64,000 nt of DNA from Myxococcota bacterium. Lineage in GTDB: Bacteria; Myxococcota_A; UBA796; SXON01. Of the stretch, positions 1 through 8,602 are shown piece by piece. How positions within the stretch are numbered: the stretch's first letter is position 1; each line of letters starts with the position of its first letter. A program made the translations under genes and the position numbers. Under the pieces are notes generated by a model that saw only the letters and a program-made list of their open reading frames with translations, was not told the DNA's origin and ran no database searches. The stretch covers positions 32,001 through 96,000 of the forward strand of contig JAZKFH010000039.1 of assembly GCA_040386535.1 (NCBI GenBank), given 5' to 3'.

Positions 1-255
1 CAGATCGCGGTGGGCGAGTGGATGCGCCACGGCAACCTCCGTGCGATGGGCCCCGAGCTGGTGGAGGGCACGTTCTGGACCATGCTGAAGCAGGCCCCGG
101 ACCTGTTCGTGAGCTGCCTGCTCGGCAGCGTGGTGGTGGGCGCGGGCCTGGGGCTCGCCTTGGGGCTGACCGCGCTGATCGCCGCCCGCCGCTGGCCCCG
201 CCGCCCCGAAGGCCTGCCCGGAGCGCTCCCGGAGACGGAAGGCGGCGCGGCGTGA
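1..255 (+). CDS. Membrane protein, probable DUF2062 family (5' end outside window)
   Basis: Frame open from the window edge; hydrophobic C-terminal helix (LLGSVVVGAGLGLALG); stop overlaps next GTG (GTGA); DUF2062 proteins are typical of flexirubin/APE-like clusters. Confidence 0.5.
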   Translation, partial: QIAVGEWMRHGNLRAMGPELVEGTFWTMLKQAPDLFVSCLLGSVVVGAGLGLALGLTALIAARRWPRRPEGLPGALPETEGGAA

Positions 256-1079
256 GCGTCGTCGCCCGCCCGCGGCTCGAGGCCTGGGTGCTCGGCTTCG
301 GCGCCGTCGGGATCGGGGCCGGGGTCGCCGCGGGGGCCGGGCTCCTTTCGCCCGCCGTCGCGACCGCCGCGGGGCTCGCCGCGCTCGGGGGGCTGCTCGG
401 CGGCGTCACGGTGGCCTCGGCGCGTCCGGAGCTGGAGCTGTTCGGCCCGTGCGTGAAACGGGGCCTCCACCCCGGCCGCGCGGCGCTCACCATCGACGAC
501 GGCCCGCACCCCGTCTCGACGGGCCCGCTCCTCGATGCGCTCGCGCGCGCCGGCGCCCACGCCACCTTCTTCGTGCTCGCCGACCGTGTGCGGCGTCACC
601 CGGACCTGTTCCGCGCCATGCTCGACGGTGGCCACGAGATCGGCCTGCACGGGATGTCCCACCATCCGTGGCTCACGATGCGCGCGCCCCGGGCGGGCGC
701 GGCCGAGCTCACCGCGGCGCTGAAGGTCCTCGACGAGCACGGGCTGGCCGAGCGCCGCTCGTCCGAGAACGGCGCGCCGCGGGTCCGCTGGTACCGCCCG
801 CCCTTCGGCGCCACCAGCCCCCGCGTGTACGCGGCCGCCCACGCCGCGGGGCTCGAGCTCGCGTGGTGCTCGGTCCGCACGCTCGACGGCGTGCCCATCC
901 GGCCGGAGACCCTGCGCGCGCGCTGTCGGGCCGTCGTCGGCACCGACGTGGTGTTGCTCCACGAGGGCCCCGGCCCCACGTCCACGCTCCTGCCCGAGAT
1001 CCTCGACGAGTGGGACGCGCGCGGGATCCGCGCCAGCTCGTTGAGCGAAGCGCTCGATCTAGCACGCGAGGTGGCGTGA
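252..1079 (+). CDS. Membrane-anchored polysaccharide deacetylase (NodB/CE4 family)
   Basis: ALTIDDGP, ATFF, HEIGLHGMSH, YRPPFG, VLLHE motifs; N-terminal TM helices; GTG at 252. Confidence 0.9.
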   Translation: MSVVARPRLEAWVLGFGAVGIGAGVAAGAGLLSPAVATAAGLAALGGLLGGVTVASARPELELFGPCVKRGLHPGRAALTIDDGPHPVSTGPLLDALARAGAHATFFVLADRVRRHPDLFRAMLDGGHEIGLHGMSHHPWLTMRAPRAGAAELTAALKVLDEHGLAERRSSENGAPRVRWYRPPFGATSPRVYAAAHAAGLELAWCSVRTLDGVPIRPETLRARCRAVVGTDVVLLHEGPGPTSTLLPEILDEWDARGIRASSLSEALDLAREVA

Positions 1080-2671
1080 CCCCGTGGATCACTCGCATGC
1101 AGGCCGTCTCCGCCGCGGGCTGGGGCGTGGACGCGCTGGTGGATGCCGTCGGGAGTGGCCGCTCGCTCGCCCGTCCGGTGCCATGGGCCACCGACGCCTT
1201 GCGCTCGCCGTTCGCCACCCTCGCGAACGCAGGTAGCGCCGAGGAGATGTTGCTCGCTGTGGTGGAGGCCGTGGCGCCGCCGGAGGGCGCGGGCCTCGTG
1301 GTCGCCACGAGCTCGGGTGCGATTTCGGGGGGGTTCGAGGCGTGGCATCGGGAGGCGCGCGCGTCCGGTGCGCCCTTGGACACGTGGGCGTGGCGCCAGC
1401 TCCCCACCGCGCGCGTCGCCGCGAAGGTGGGGCTCGCGCCCCACCGCACCCTCTCGGTCGCGTGCGCCTCGGGCACGGCCGCCTTCGAGGTCGCCCGCGG
1501 CTGGTTGCGCGCGGGGCGGTGCGAGCGCGTGATCGTCGCTGGGGTGGACGCCCAGTCGCTCTACATCCACGCGGGGTTCGCGGGCCTCGGCGCGCTCGCC
1601 AAGGTGTCGTGCCGCCCCTTCGCCGCCGACCGTGACGGCCTGCTGCTCGGAGAGGGCGCCGCCGCCTTTCTCCTCGAGACCCCGGCCTCCGCGCGTGCCG
1701 CCGGGCGCGCCCCGCTCGCTGCGCTGCTCGGGTGTGGGCTCTCGCAGGACGGCGTGCACCTGACCGCGCCCGACCGCACCGGCGCCGGGCTCGGGCGTGC
1801 CGCGCGCGCCGCCCTGGTGGACGCCGGGCTGGAGCCGGGCGACATCGGCGTCGTGAGCGCGCACGCCACCGGCACCGTGTTCAACGACGCGATGGAGGCC
1901 CGCGCGCTCGCCGCGTTGTTCGAGGGGCCGGTGCCGCTCCACGCCTGCAAGCCGGTGCTCGGGCACACGCTCGGAGCTGCCGGGGCGCTCGAAGCCGCGG
2001 TCGTCCTCGCGATCCTCAACGGGGCGGCGGCGCCCGCGCCGCTCGAGGTGACGGACCCGGACTGCCCGATGACCGTGGCGCCGTGCCGCGATCCGCGCCA
2101 CGGGCTCTCGGTGAGCGCGGCGTTCGGCGGCGTGAACGCGGCGGTGGTTTTCGGGCCGGTTCCTACGGAGGGCTCGTCCTCGCCGCTCCGGTCCGTCCAC
2201 GCCGTCGCCACCACCCGCGTCGCAACGGACGATCTCCCGCTGACCCGCGTGTTCCCCGGTGCGCCGCCCACCCTCGGGCGCGCCGACAACTACGTGCGCG
2301 GGGGGATCGCGGCCCTGCGCGCGCTCCGGGACGCGGCGCCGTTCGACGCCGAGACCGCGATCGTCCAGGCGAGCGCCTCCAATTGTCACGCGGCGGACCT
2401 TCGTTACCACGCGGGGCTGGTCGACGGCGGCCCCGCGCAAGCATCGCGCCTGCACTTCAGCTATACGGTGCCCGGCGCGCCGGTCGCGGAGGCGTCCATC
2501 CTGCTCGGGTTGCGCGGCCCCGTCCTCGTGTTCTGCGACCCCGGCGAGTGCGCCGGGGAGGAAGCGCGGCGCATCGTGGCGGAGGGGCTCGCACCGATGG
2601 CGGTGGCGCTCGCGATCGAAGCGCCCGGCCCCTACGCGGAAGCCGTCGCCACCCTGTTCGTCCCTTCCTGA
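1076..2671 (+). CDS. Beta-ketoacyl-ACP synthase fused to a C-terminal chain-length-factor-like domain
   Basis: SVACASG, AHATGT, KPVLGHTLGAAG catalytic motifs and AFGG end, then ~170 aa with FSYTVPGAPVAEASILLGLRGP and no catalytic Cys. Confidence 0.85.
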   Translation: MTPWITRMQAVSAAGWGVDALVDAVGSGRSLARPVPWATDALRSPFATLANAGSAEEMLLAVVEAVAPPEGAGLVVATSSGAISGGFEAWHREARASGAPLDTWAWRQLPTARVAAKVGLAPHRTLSVACASGTAAFEVARGWLRAGRCERVIVAGVDAQSLYIHAGFAGLGALAKVSCRPFAADRDGLLLGEGAAAFLLETPASARAAGRAPLAALLGCGLSQDGVHLTAPDRTGAGLGRAARAALVDAGLEPGDIGVVSAHATGTVFNDAMEARALAALFEGPVPLHACKPVLGHTLGAAGALEAAVVLAILNGAAAPAPLEVTDPDCPMTVAPCRDPRHGLSVSAAFGGVNAAVVFGPVPTEGSSSPLRSVHAVATTRVATDDLPLTRVFPGAPPTLGRADNYVRGGIAALRALRDAAPFDAETAIVQASASNCHAADLRYHAGLVDGGPAQASRLHFSYTVPGAPVAEASILLGLRGPVLVFCDPGECAGEEARRIVAEGLAPMAVALAIEAPGPYAEAVATLFVPS

Positions 2672-2682
2672 TCGAGGTCCCG

Positions 2683-3147
2683 ATGGCCCTGAGTCCTCCG
2701 TGGCCGCCCGTCGTGTCGCTGATCCCGCACCGGCCGCCTCAGCTGTTCCTCGACCGGGTGGTCGAGGTCGACGGCGCGCGCATCCGCTGCGAGACCGATT
2801 TTCTCCCCGAGCACTTCCCCGGGCACTTCCCCGGGCGCCCCATCGTGCCCGGGGTGGTGATGATCGAGGGCCTCGCCCAGGCGCTCGCCTGCCTCGCGTC
2901 GCTCTCCGGCGAACAGGGCCAGGCCGTGCTCACCGGGGTGGAGAAGGCGAGGTTCCGCGGGTTCGCGGTGCCGCCAGCGCGCCTCGAGTTCGAGGTCGAG
3001 GTGACCGATCGTCGGTTCGGCGTGACGTGGGCGAAGGGCCGCGTGCGGCAGGACGACAAGGTGTTGTGCACGGTGACCCTCCAGGCCGCGGTCCTCCCGG
3101 AGGAGGCGCTCCCGCCGTCCAGTACGCCCTCGACGGACCAGGAGTGA
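2683..3147 (+). CDS. fabZ: 3-hydroxyacyl-ACP dehydratase (FabZ-like hotdog fold)
   Basis: LIPHRPP, FPGHFPGRPIVPGVVMIEGLAQ; GAGG RBS before ATG 2683. Confidence 0.85.
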   Translation: MALSPPWPPVVSLIPHRPPQLFLDRVVEVDGARIRCETDFLPEHFPGHFPGRPIVPGVVMIEGLAQALACLASLSGEQGQAVLTGVEKARFRGFAVPPARLEFEVEVTDRRFGVTWAKGRVRQDDKVLCTVTLQAAVLPEEALPPSSTPSTDQE

Positions 3148-4622
3148 AGCGCGCCGTCGTCATCGGCTCCGGCATGGGCGGGCTCACCGCCGGGATCCTG
3201 CTCGCGATGAAGGGCTGGGAGGTCACCGTCCTCGAGCAACACACGCGCGCGGGCGGGTTCCTGCACCGCTTCTTCCGGCGCGGGGTCGGCTACGACACGG
3301 GCTTCCACTACGTCGGCGGCGCCGAGCCCGATCAGCTCTTCGGCCGCGCGATGAAGCACCTCGGCGTCTACGACGACGTGACGTGGAATCCGCTCGATCC
3401 CGACGGGTTCGACGTGTTGCGGTTCCCCGACCTCGAGTTCCGCGTGCCCGTGGGAGCCGACCGCTACCGGGATCGGCTGGTGGAGCACTTCCCCGAGGAG
3501 CGCGCCGGGATCGATCGCTACATGGCGCTGCACGACGAGGCGGTGAAGGCCTACGGCTGGTTCAACCTCGACGACACCACGCCGCCCGAGGCCATCCTCC
3601 CGTACGAGCGCCAGAGCGTGCTCGACGTGACCCGGGAGTGTTTCAAGGATCCACGCCTGACGATGGTGGTCGCAGGCCAGTCCGCGCTCTACGGGGTGCC
3701 GCCGGCCGAGGCGCCCTTTGGCCTGCACGCCATCGTGACCGACCACTTCCTCCAGAGCGCGACCTCGATCGAGGGCGGCGGGGACCGCCTCGCGTTCGCG
3801 CTGGTGCGCCGGCTCAAGGCCCTCGGGGGCACGTTGCGGCTCAAGCGCCGCGTAGTGTCGATCGACGTGCAGGACGGCGCCGCGTGCGCGGTCACCACCG
3901 CGGACGGCGAGCGCTACGAGGCCGATCTCGTCGTCGCCGATGTGCACCCGCGTGTGTCCCTCGACATGTTGCCCGCGGGCTCCGTACGGCCCGCCTACGC
4001 GGCGCGCGTCCGTGAGGCGCGCCCGGGGCTCGCCCACCTCGGCGTGTACCTCCGCGTCGACGGCGATCTCGGTCTGCTCGGCAACCGGAACCTCTACCGC
4101 TTCAACTCCTGGGACCTCGACACGGTCGACCGGCCCGCCACGGCGGAGGACTGTTCCTTCTACTTCCTCACCTGTCCCGGGCAGCGCCATCCGGCGCCGG
4201 TGCCGGGCGCGGAGCAGGTCGTCCTCGGCCTCGTGTACGCGAGGTACGAACACTTCCTCGCGGCGCGGCAGGTGAGCGAGGCGGCCTACGTCGCCGAGAA
4301 GCAGGCCATCGCCGACCGCTTCATCGAGGCCATCCGCGCGGACCACCCCGGTTGGGAGGTGGTCGACAGCGAGGTGAGCACGCCGCTCACGACGGAGCGC
4401 TTCAACGGGTCGTGGAAGGGCGCCGCGTACGGGCACCTCCACTCGGTAGACCAGATGGGGCGGTATCGACTGCCGATGGTGTCCAAGGTACGCGGGCTCG
4501 TGAACGTGGGCCAGACCGTGGGGTTCCCGGGCATTTGCGGGGCGATGATGTCGGCATATGTGGTGTGCGGCGAGCTCCTGGGTGGGGCAGCGCCGTTGAT
4601 GGCGGAGGTCAGGGCTTCATGA
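3144..4622 (+). CDS. FAD-dependent oxidoreductase, phytoene desaturase/retinol saturase-like
   Basis: VVIGSGMGGL Rossmann motif, LEQHTRAGG, YDTGFHYVG, STPLT, GAAYG. Confidence 0.85.
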   Translation: MKRAVVIGSGMGGLTAGILLAMKGWEVTVLEQHTRAGGFLHRFFRRGVGYDTGFHYVGGAEPDQLFGRAMKHLGVYDDVTWNPLDPDGFDVLRFPDLEFRVPVGADRYRDRLVEHFPEERAGIDRYMALHDEAVKAYGWFNLDDTTPPEAILPYERQSVLDVTRECFKDPRLTMVVAGQSALYGVPPAEAPFGLHAIVTDHFLQSATSIEGGGDRLAFALVRRLKALGGTLRLKRRVVSIDVQDGAACAVTTADGERYEADLVVADVHPRVSLDMLPAGSVRPAYAARVREARPGLAHLGVYLRVDGDLGLLGNRNLYRFNSWDLDTVDRPATAEDCSFYFLTCPGQRHPAPVPGAEQVVLGLVYARYEHFLAARQVSEAAYVAEKQAIADRFIEAIRADHPGWEVVDSEVSTPLTTERFNGSWKGAAYGHLHSVDQMGRYRLPMVSKVRGLVNVGQTVGFPGICGAMMSAYVVCGELLGGAAPLMAEVRAS

Positions 4623-5848
4623 GACGGGTCGTAGTCACGGGGATGGGGATGGTGACGCCGCTCGGGAACGATCCCGCCGCGGCCTTCCAGGAAGTGCTCG
4701 ACGGGCACAGCGGCGTGGTGCGCATGCCCGCGCTCGACGTCGTGGGCGATCTCGGCGCGCGCATCGCCGCGCCGGTGCGTGGGTTCGAGGTCGATCGGAT
4801 CCCGCGCAAGCACCGCCGCAGCATGGCGCGCATGGCGCAGTACGCGGCCAACGCCACGGCCGACGCGCTGGAGGCCGCGCGGTTCCCGATGGAGACGTTG
4901 GCGAGCGGCCGCGTGGCCGTTTGCGCCGGCTCCACCACGGGTTCGCCCGACGCGATGGAGGAGTTCTGGCGCGAATACATCACCAGCGGCTCCATCCGCG
5001 CGATCCCGAGCAACAGCTTCCTGCGCGTGATGTCGCACACCGTCGCGAGCCACATCGCGCTCGCCTTCGGCATCACCGGCTCGGTCATCTCGCCGAGCTG
5101 CGCCTGCGCCGCGTCCAACCAGGCGGTGGGCATCGCCGCGGACATGATCCGCTTCGGCCGCGCCGACACCGTGCTCGCTGGCGGCGCGGACGAGCTCTCC
5201 ATCCTCTCCGCCGCCACGTTCGACGTGGTGCGCGCGGGCTGCCGCGGCCACGAGGACGCCCCGCACACGCGGCCCGCCCCCTTCGATCGCTCGCGGGACG
5301 GCGTGGTGTGCTCCGAGGGCGCCGCGATCGTGGTCCTCGAGGAGCTCGAGCAGGCCCGCGCCCGTGGGGCCCCCATCCTCGCGGAGATCCTCGGCTACGG
5401 CGAGAGCTGCGACGCGACGCACATGTCCTCGCCCCAGGCGGAGGGCATGGCCTCCGCGGTGATGCGCGCCCTGGCGGACGCGAAGCTCGACCCCACCGCC
5501 ATCGACTACGTGTGCGCCCACGCCACCGGCACCCCCGTGGGGGACGCCGCGGAGGCCGATGCCACGCACCGCATCTTCGGGTCGGACGTGCCCGTGTCGA
5601 GCCTGAAGGGTCACCTGGGCCACATGCTGGCGGCCTGCGGCTCGACTGAGCTGATTCTTTGTATCGAGGCCATGCGGCGGGGGATCGTCCCCCAGACGCT
5701 CAACCTGACGGACCCCGACGTGGCGCCCCTGTTTCTGCCACAAGCTCCGTTGGAACGCCAGCTTCGTCGTATCGTGTCCAACAACTTCGCGTTCGGAGGC
5801 ATCAACGCGAGCCTGGTGATCGGGGCGCCTCCGGAAGCGCACGGGTAG
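4619..5848 (+). CDS. fabF: Beta-ketoacyl-ACP synthase II (FabF/ApeR-like)
   Basis: MRRVVVTGMG, SCACAAS, AHATGT, SLKGHLGH, NNFAFGG. Confidence 0.9.
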   Translation: MRRVVVTGMGMVTPLGNDPAAAFQEVLDGHSGVVRMPALDVVGDLGARIAAPVRGFEVDRIPRKHRRSMARMAQYAANATADALEAARFPMETLASGRVAVCAGSTTGSPDAMEEFWREYITSGSIRAIPSNSFLRVMSHTVASHIALAFGITGSVISPSCACAASNQAVGIAADMIRFGRADTVLAGGADELSILSAATFDVVRAGCRGHEDAPHTRPAPFDRSRDGVVCSEGAAIVVLEELEQARARGAPILAEILGYGESCDATHMSSPQAEGMASAVMRALADAKLDPTAIDYVCAHATGTPVGDAAEADATHRIFGSDVPVSSLKGHLGHMLAACGSTELILCIEAMRRGIVPQTLNLTDPDVAPLFLPQAPLERQLRRIVSNNFAFGGINASLVIGAPPEAHG

Positions 5849-5938
5849 CCCATCCTGGGCCTTGACCATTCATGACCGACGGTTGCGAGTCCGAGCGAAT
5901 CGCGGTTATCAAGGCGGCCCTTACCCGAGAGTACCGAC

Positions 5939-6223
5939 GTGGCACGAACCGCCGAGACCATCATCGCCGAGCTCGACCGCATCTTCGTGGAGCAGTTCGA
6001 GGTCACCGCCGAGACCGTGGTGCCCGAAGCGCGCCTGCGGGAAGATCTCGATCTCGACAGCCTCGATGCCGCCGACATGATGATCGCGATCGAGAAGCGC
6101 TTCGGCGTGCGCCTGGACGACCAGGTGGCGCGCACGTTCAAGACCGTGGGCGACATCCACGGCTACGTGCACAAGCTGGTCGAGGAGAAGGAGCAGGGCG
6201 GCTCGGCGCAGGCCGCGGGGTAG
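5939..6223 (+). CDS. Acyl carrier protein
   Basis: DLDLDSLD phosphopantetheine motif, IEKRFGV, TVGDI. Confidence 0.9.
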   Translation: MARTAETIIAELDRIFVEQFEVTAETVVPEARLREDLDLDSLDAADMMIAIEKRFGVRLDDQVARTFKTVGDIHGYVHKLVEEKEQGGSAQAAG

Positions 6224-6273
6224 GTCCGGGTAGGCCCGGGACTCCGGCTCCCGCTTCCCCTTCGGGCGTTCCT

Positions 6274-8103
6274 CTATTCCTGCATTCCTGATTCTCCGGT
6301 CCGGCCCCCGACCGACGCCGTCGGCGCGCCGCCCGGTACGCTCGCCCACACGTCGTGGAAGTTGTAGAACTGCGTGGGGTAGCGCCGCACCATGGCGCCC
6401 ACGCGGTCGGCGTAGACCTGTGCCCATTCGCGCACCTGCTCGTCGCGCGGGCGCTTGCGGTCGAACACGCAGCTCATCGGCTCGGTGGCGATGACGCGGT
6501 AGGCGCCCGGGCCCTCCTGGAACGCGCCCACGACGATGACCGGCACACGCGCGAGCGCCGCCACGAGCCAGGGGCCCGCGGGGAAGCGGCACGGGGCGCC
6601 CAGGAACTCGACGGTGACGGTGCGATCGTCGATCAGGCGGTCGCCCATCATGGCGACCACGGCCCCCTCGCGGAGCGCGCGGACGACCGTGAGCGTCGAG
6701 AAGCCCTCCGCCGAGTTGACGGGGATGACGTGGGGGCGCCACGCCTCCGGCATGCCCGCGACGACGGCGCGGCCGTGATCGCCGGGGGCCTCGAAGCGCA
6801 ACACGTGGAGCTTCTTCATGCGCGAGGCGTTGGCGCCGCTGCCCGCGGAGACCTCGATGTTGCCGACGTGTGCGCCGAGCAGGATGGCGCCCCGCGGCTC
6901 GCCGAACGCGCCGATGAGGTGCTCCTGGCCCTCGCGTGCGTACTGGAACGCCGCAGGGCCCTGGCCCGCGAAGGTGAGGCGGTCGAGCAACGCGTGGGCG
7001 AAGCTGCGGAACACCACGAAGCTCGCCGCGAAGGACGAGCGGCCGGGCAACATCCGCGCGCGGTAGCTCTCGAGGCCCCGCCGCGCGCTGGGCGCGAACG
7101 CGACGTACCAGGCCGCCAGGAACGTGCCGAGGCCGTACCCGAGGCGCCGCCCGAACACGCGTTGGATCAGGAGGACGAGGCGCCACCCGCCGCTCGTGCC
7201 GCGCGACCGCCCGTTCCAGGACTCGGCGGTGCGGATGCGGAGCCACCACCGGGGCGGCCACAGGATCCGCTCCACCACGAGCAGCGCGTTCATCCAGGAG
7301 ATGCGCGCGTTGTCGAGGAAGGGCCGGAAGCTGGTGACGCGCTCCTCCTTCGGCGGGTAGAACACGAAGCAGGGGATGTCGCGCACCGGAACGCCGGTCC
7401 AGAGGGCGCGGGTGAGCACCTCGACCTCGAGCTCGTAGCGCCCGCCGCCCATGGCGAGCGCGAGCACCGGCGCGATGGGGTAGGCGCGGAAGCCGCACTG
7501 GCTGTCGCCCACGCGCCAGCCGGTCTCCACCCAGATCCAGAAGTTCGAGAACTTGCGGCCGAAGCGGCTGATCTCGGGCGCGGTCGACAAGTCGCGAACG
7601 CCCGCGAAGATGGCGACGGGCTCCTTGTCGATGGCGTCCGCGAACGCGGGGATGTCGGCGGGATCGTGCTGCCCGTCGGCGTCCAGGCAGATGACGTGGG
7701 TGTGGCCGAGGCGCGCGGCCGCCCGCATCCCCGTGAGCAGCGCGGCGCCCTTGCCCTGGTTCTTGGGGTGGGTGATCACCTCGGCGCCGGCCTTGCGCGC
7801 GGCGTCCCCGGAGCCGTCGGTGCTGCCGTCGTCCACCACGAACACGGGGAGCCCGTGCTCACGCGCGCGCGTCACGATGTCGGCGAGGGTGCCGACGTTG
7901 TCCTTGGTGGGGATGAGGACGGCGGGCCGCGGCGGGATGGGGAAGGGGGCGGGCTCGGCGCGGCGGCGCCCGGCGAGCACGTAGAGGATCGCGCCGGCGG
8001 CCGCGAGCACCACGGGGAGGGCCGCGCCGTCCACGCCGCGGACCACGTCGAGGCCGACGACCGCGGCGAGGAGCCCGAGCACGACGAGATCATCGAGGCG
8101 CAT
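6274..8103 (-). CDS. GT2 glycosyltransferase fused to LpxL-type acyltransferase (ApeJ-like)
   Basis: VVDDGSTDGS, NQGKGAA, DADGQH, DSQCGFRAYP; C-terminal GAHVGNIE, MGDR, QFYNF. Confidence 0.85.
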   Translation of the reverse strand: MRLDDLVVLGLLAAVVGLDVVRGVDGAALPVVLAAAGAILYVLAGRRRAEPAPFPIPPRPAVLIPTKDNVGTLADIVTRAREHGLPVFVVDDGSTDGSGDAARKAGAEVITHPKNQGKGAALLTGMRAAARLGHTHVICLDADGQHDPADIPAFADAIDKEPVAIFAGVRDLSTAPEISRFGRKFSNFWIWVETGWRVGDSQCGFRAYPIAPVLALAMGGGRYELEVEVLTRALWTGVPVRDIPCFVFYPPKEERVTSFRPFLDNARISWMNALLVVERILWPPRWWLRIRTAESWNGRSRGTSGGWRLVLLIQRVFGRRLGYGLGTFLAAWYVAFAPSARRGLESYRARMLPGRSSFAASFVVFRSFAHALLDRLTFAGQGPAAFQYAREGQEHLIGAFGEPRGAILLGAHVGNIEVSAGSGANASRMKKLHVLRFEAPGDHGRAVVAGMPEAWRPHVIPVNSAEGFSTLTVVRALREGAVVAMMGDRLIDDRTVTVEFLGAPCRFPAGPWLVAALARVPVIVVGAFQEGPGAYRVIATEPMSCVFDRKRPRDEQVREWAQVYADRVGAMVRRYPTQFYNFHDVWASVPGGAPTASVGGRTGESGMQE

Positions 8104-8602
8104 CGGGCTCCGAGAGGATGAGCGTGAGCGTGTAGCCGCGCCGCTTGTCGGTGAGGGTCACCCGGTCGCCGTCCCGCACCGCGGTCGCGCCGCCGCCCTT
8201 GCCGCACCAGCGCCGTGTCCACCCCGTCTCCGTGGGCGTGGCGCGGAGGGTGCCGCCGGGCGCGCGGCAGGCTCCCCCGGCGGCCGTGGGCGTGAACGCG
8301 AGGCGAAGGTCCCGCTCGACGGGCAGCTTCTCCAGCCAGGGCCGCCACGCTTCGAGGCCAGTGGCGACGGTGGCCGGCGGCCCGCTGATCGTGAAGAGCT
8401 CGAAACCCGCGGGGGCGAGGAGGCTGAGCGACCACGTGGTGTCGTCGATCGCGGCGATGCCGAGCCCACCGACCTGGCGGCCATGCGTCGTGAGCCCGAC
8501 CTGCACGGCGGACGCGGGGGCCGTGGGCGGCGCGCAGTCGGGCGCGCGCGCGGCGGCCAGCGGAACTACGAGCGCGACGACAAGCGCGAGGAGCGCGATC
8601 AT
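8090..8602 (-). CDS. Exported protein, DUF3261/ApeN-like
   Basis: Signal peptide; LSLLAPAGFELFTI and GYTLTLI segments; lies between MMPL and GT genes as in APE clusters. Confidence 0.5.
   Translation of the reverse strand: MIALLALVVALVVPLAAARAPDCAPPTAPASAVQVGLTTHGRQVGGLGIAAIDDTTWSLSLLAPAGFELFTISGPPATVATGLEAWRPWLEKLPVERDLRLAFTPTAAGGACRAPGGTLRATPTETGWTRRWCGKGGGATAVRDGDRVTLTDKRRGYTLTLILSEPDAPR

Noticed and set aside
5849..5938. Possible structured RNA upstream of the ACP gene (CTTGA...TCAAG)
   Set aside because: Pairing is short and interrupted; no recognisable riboswitch motif
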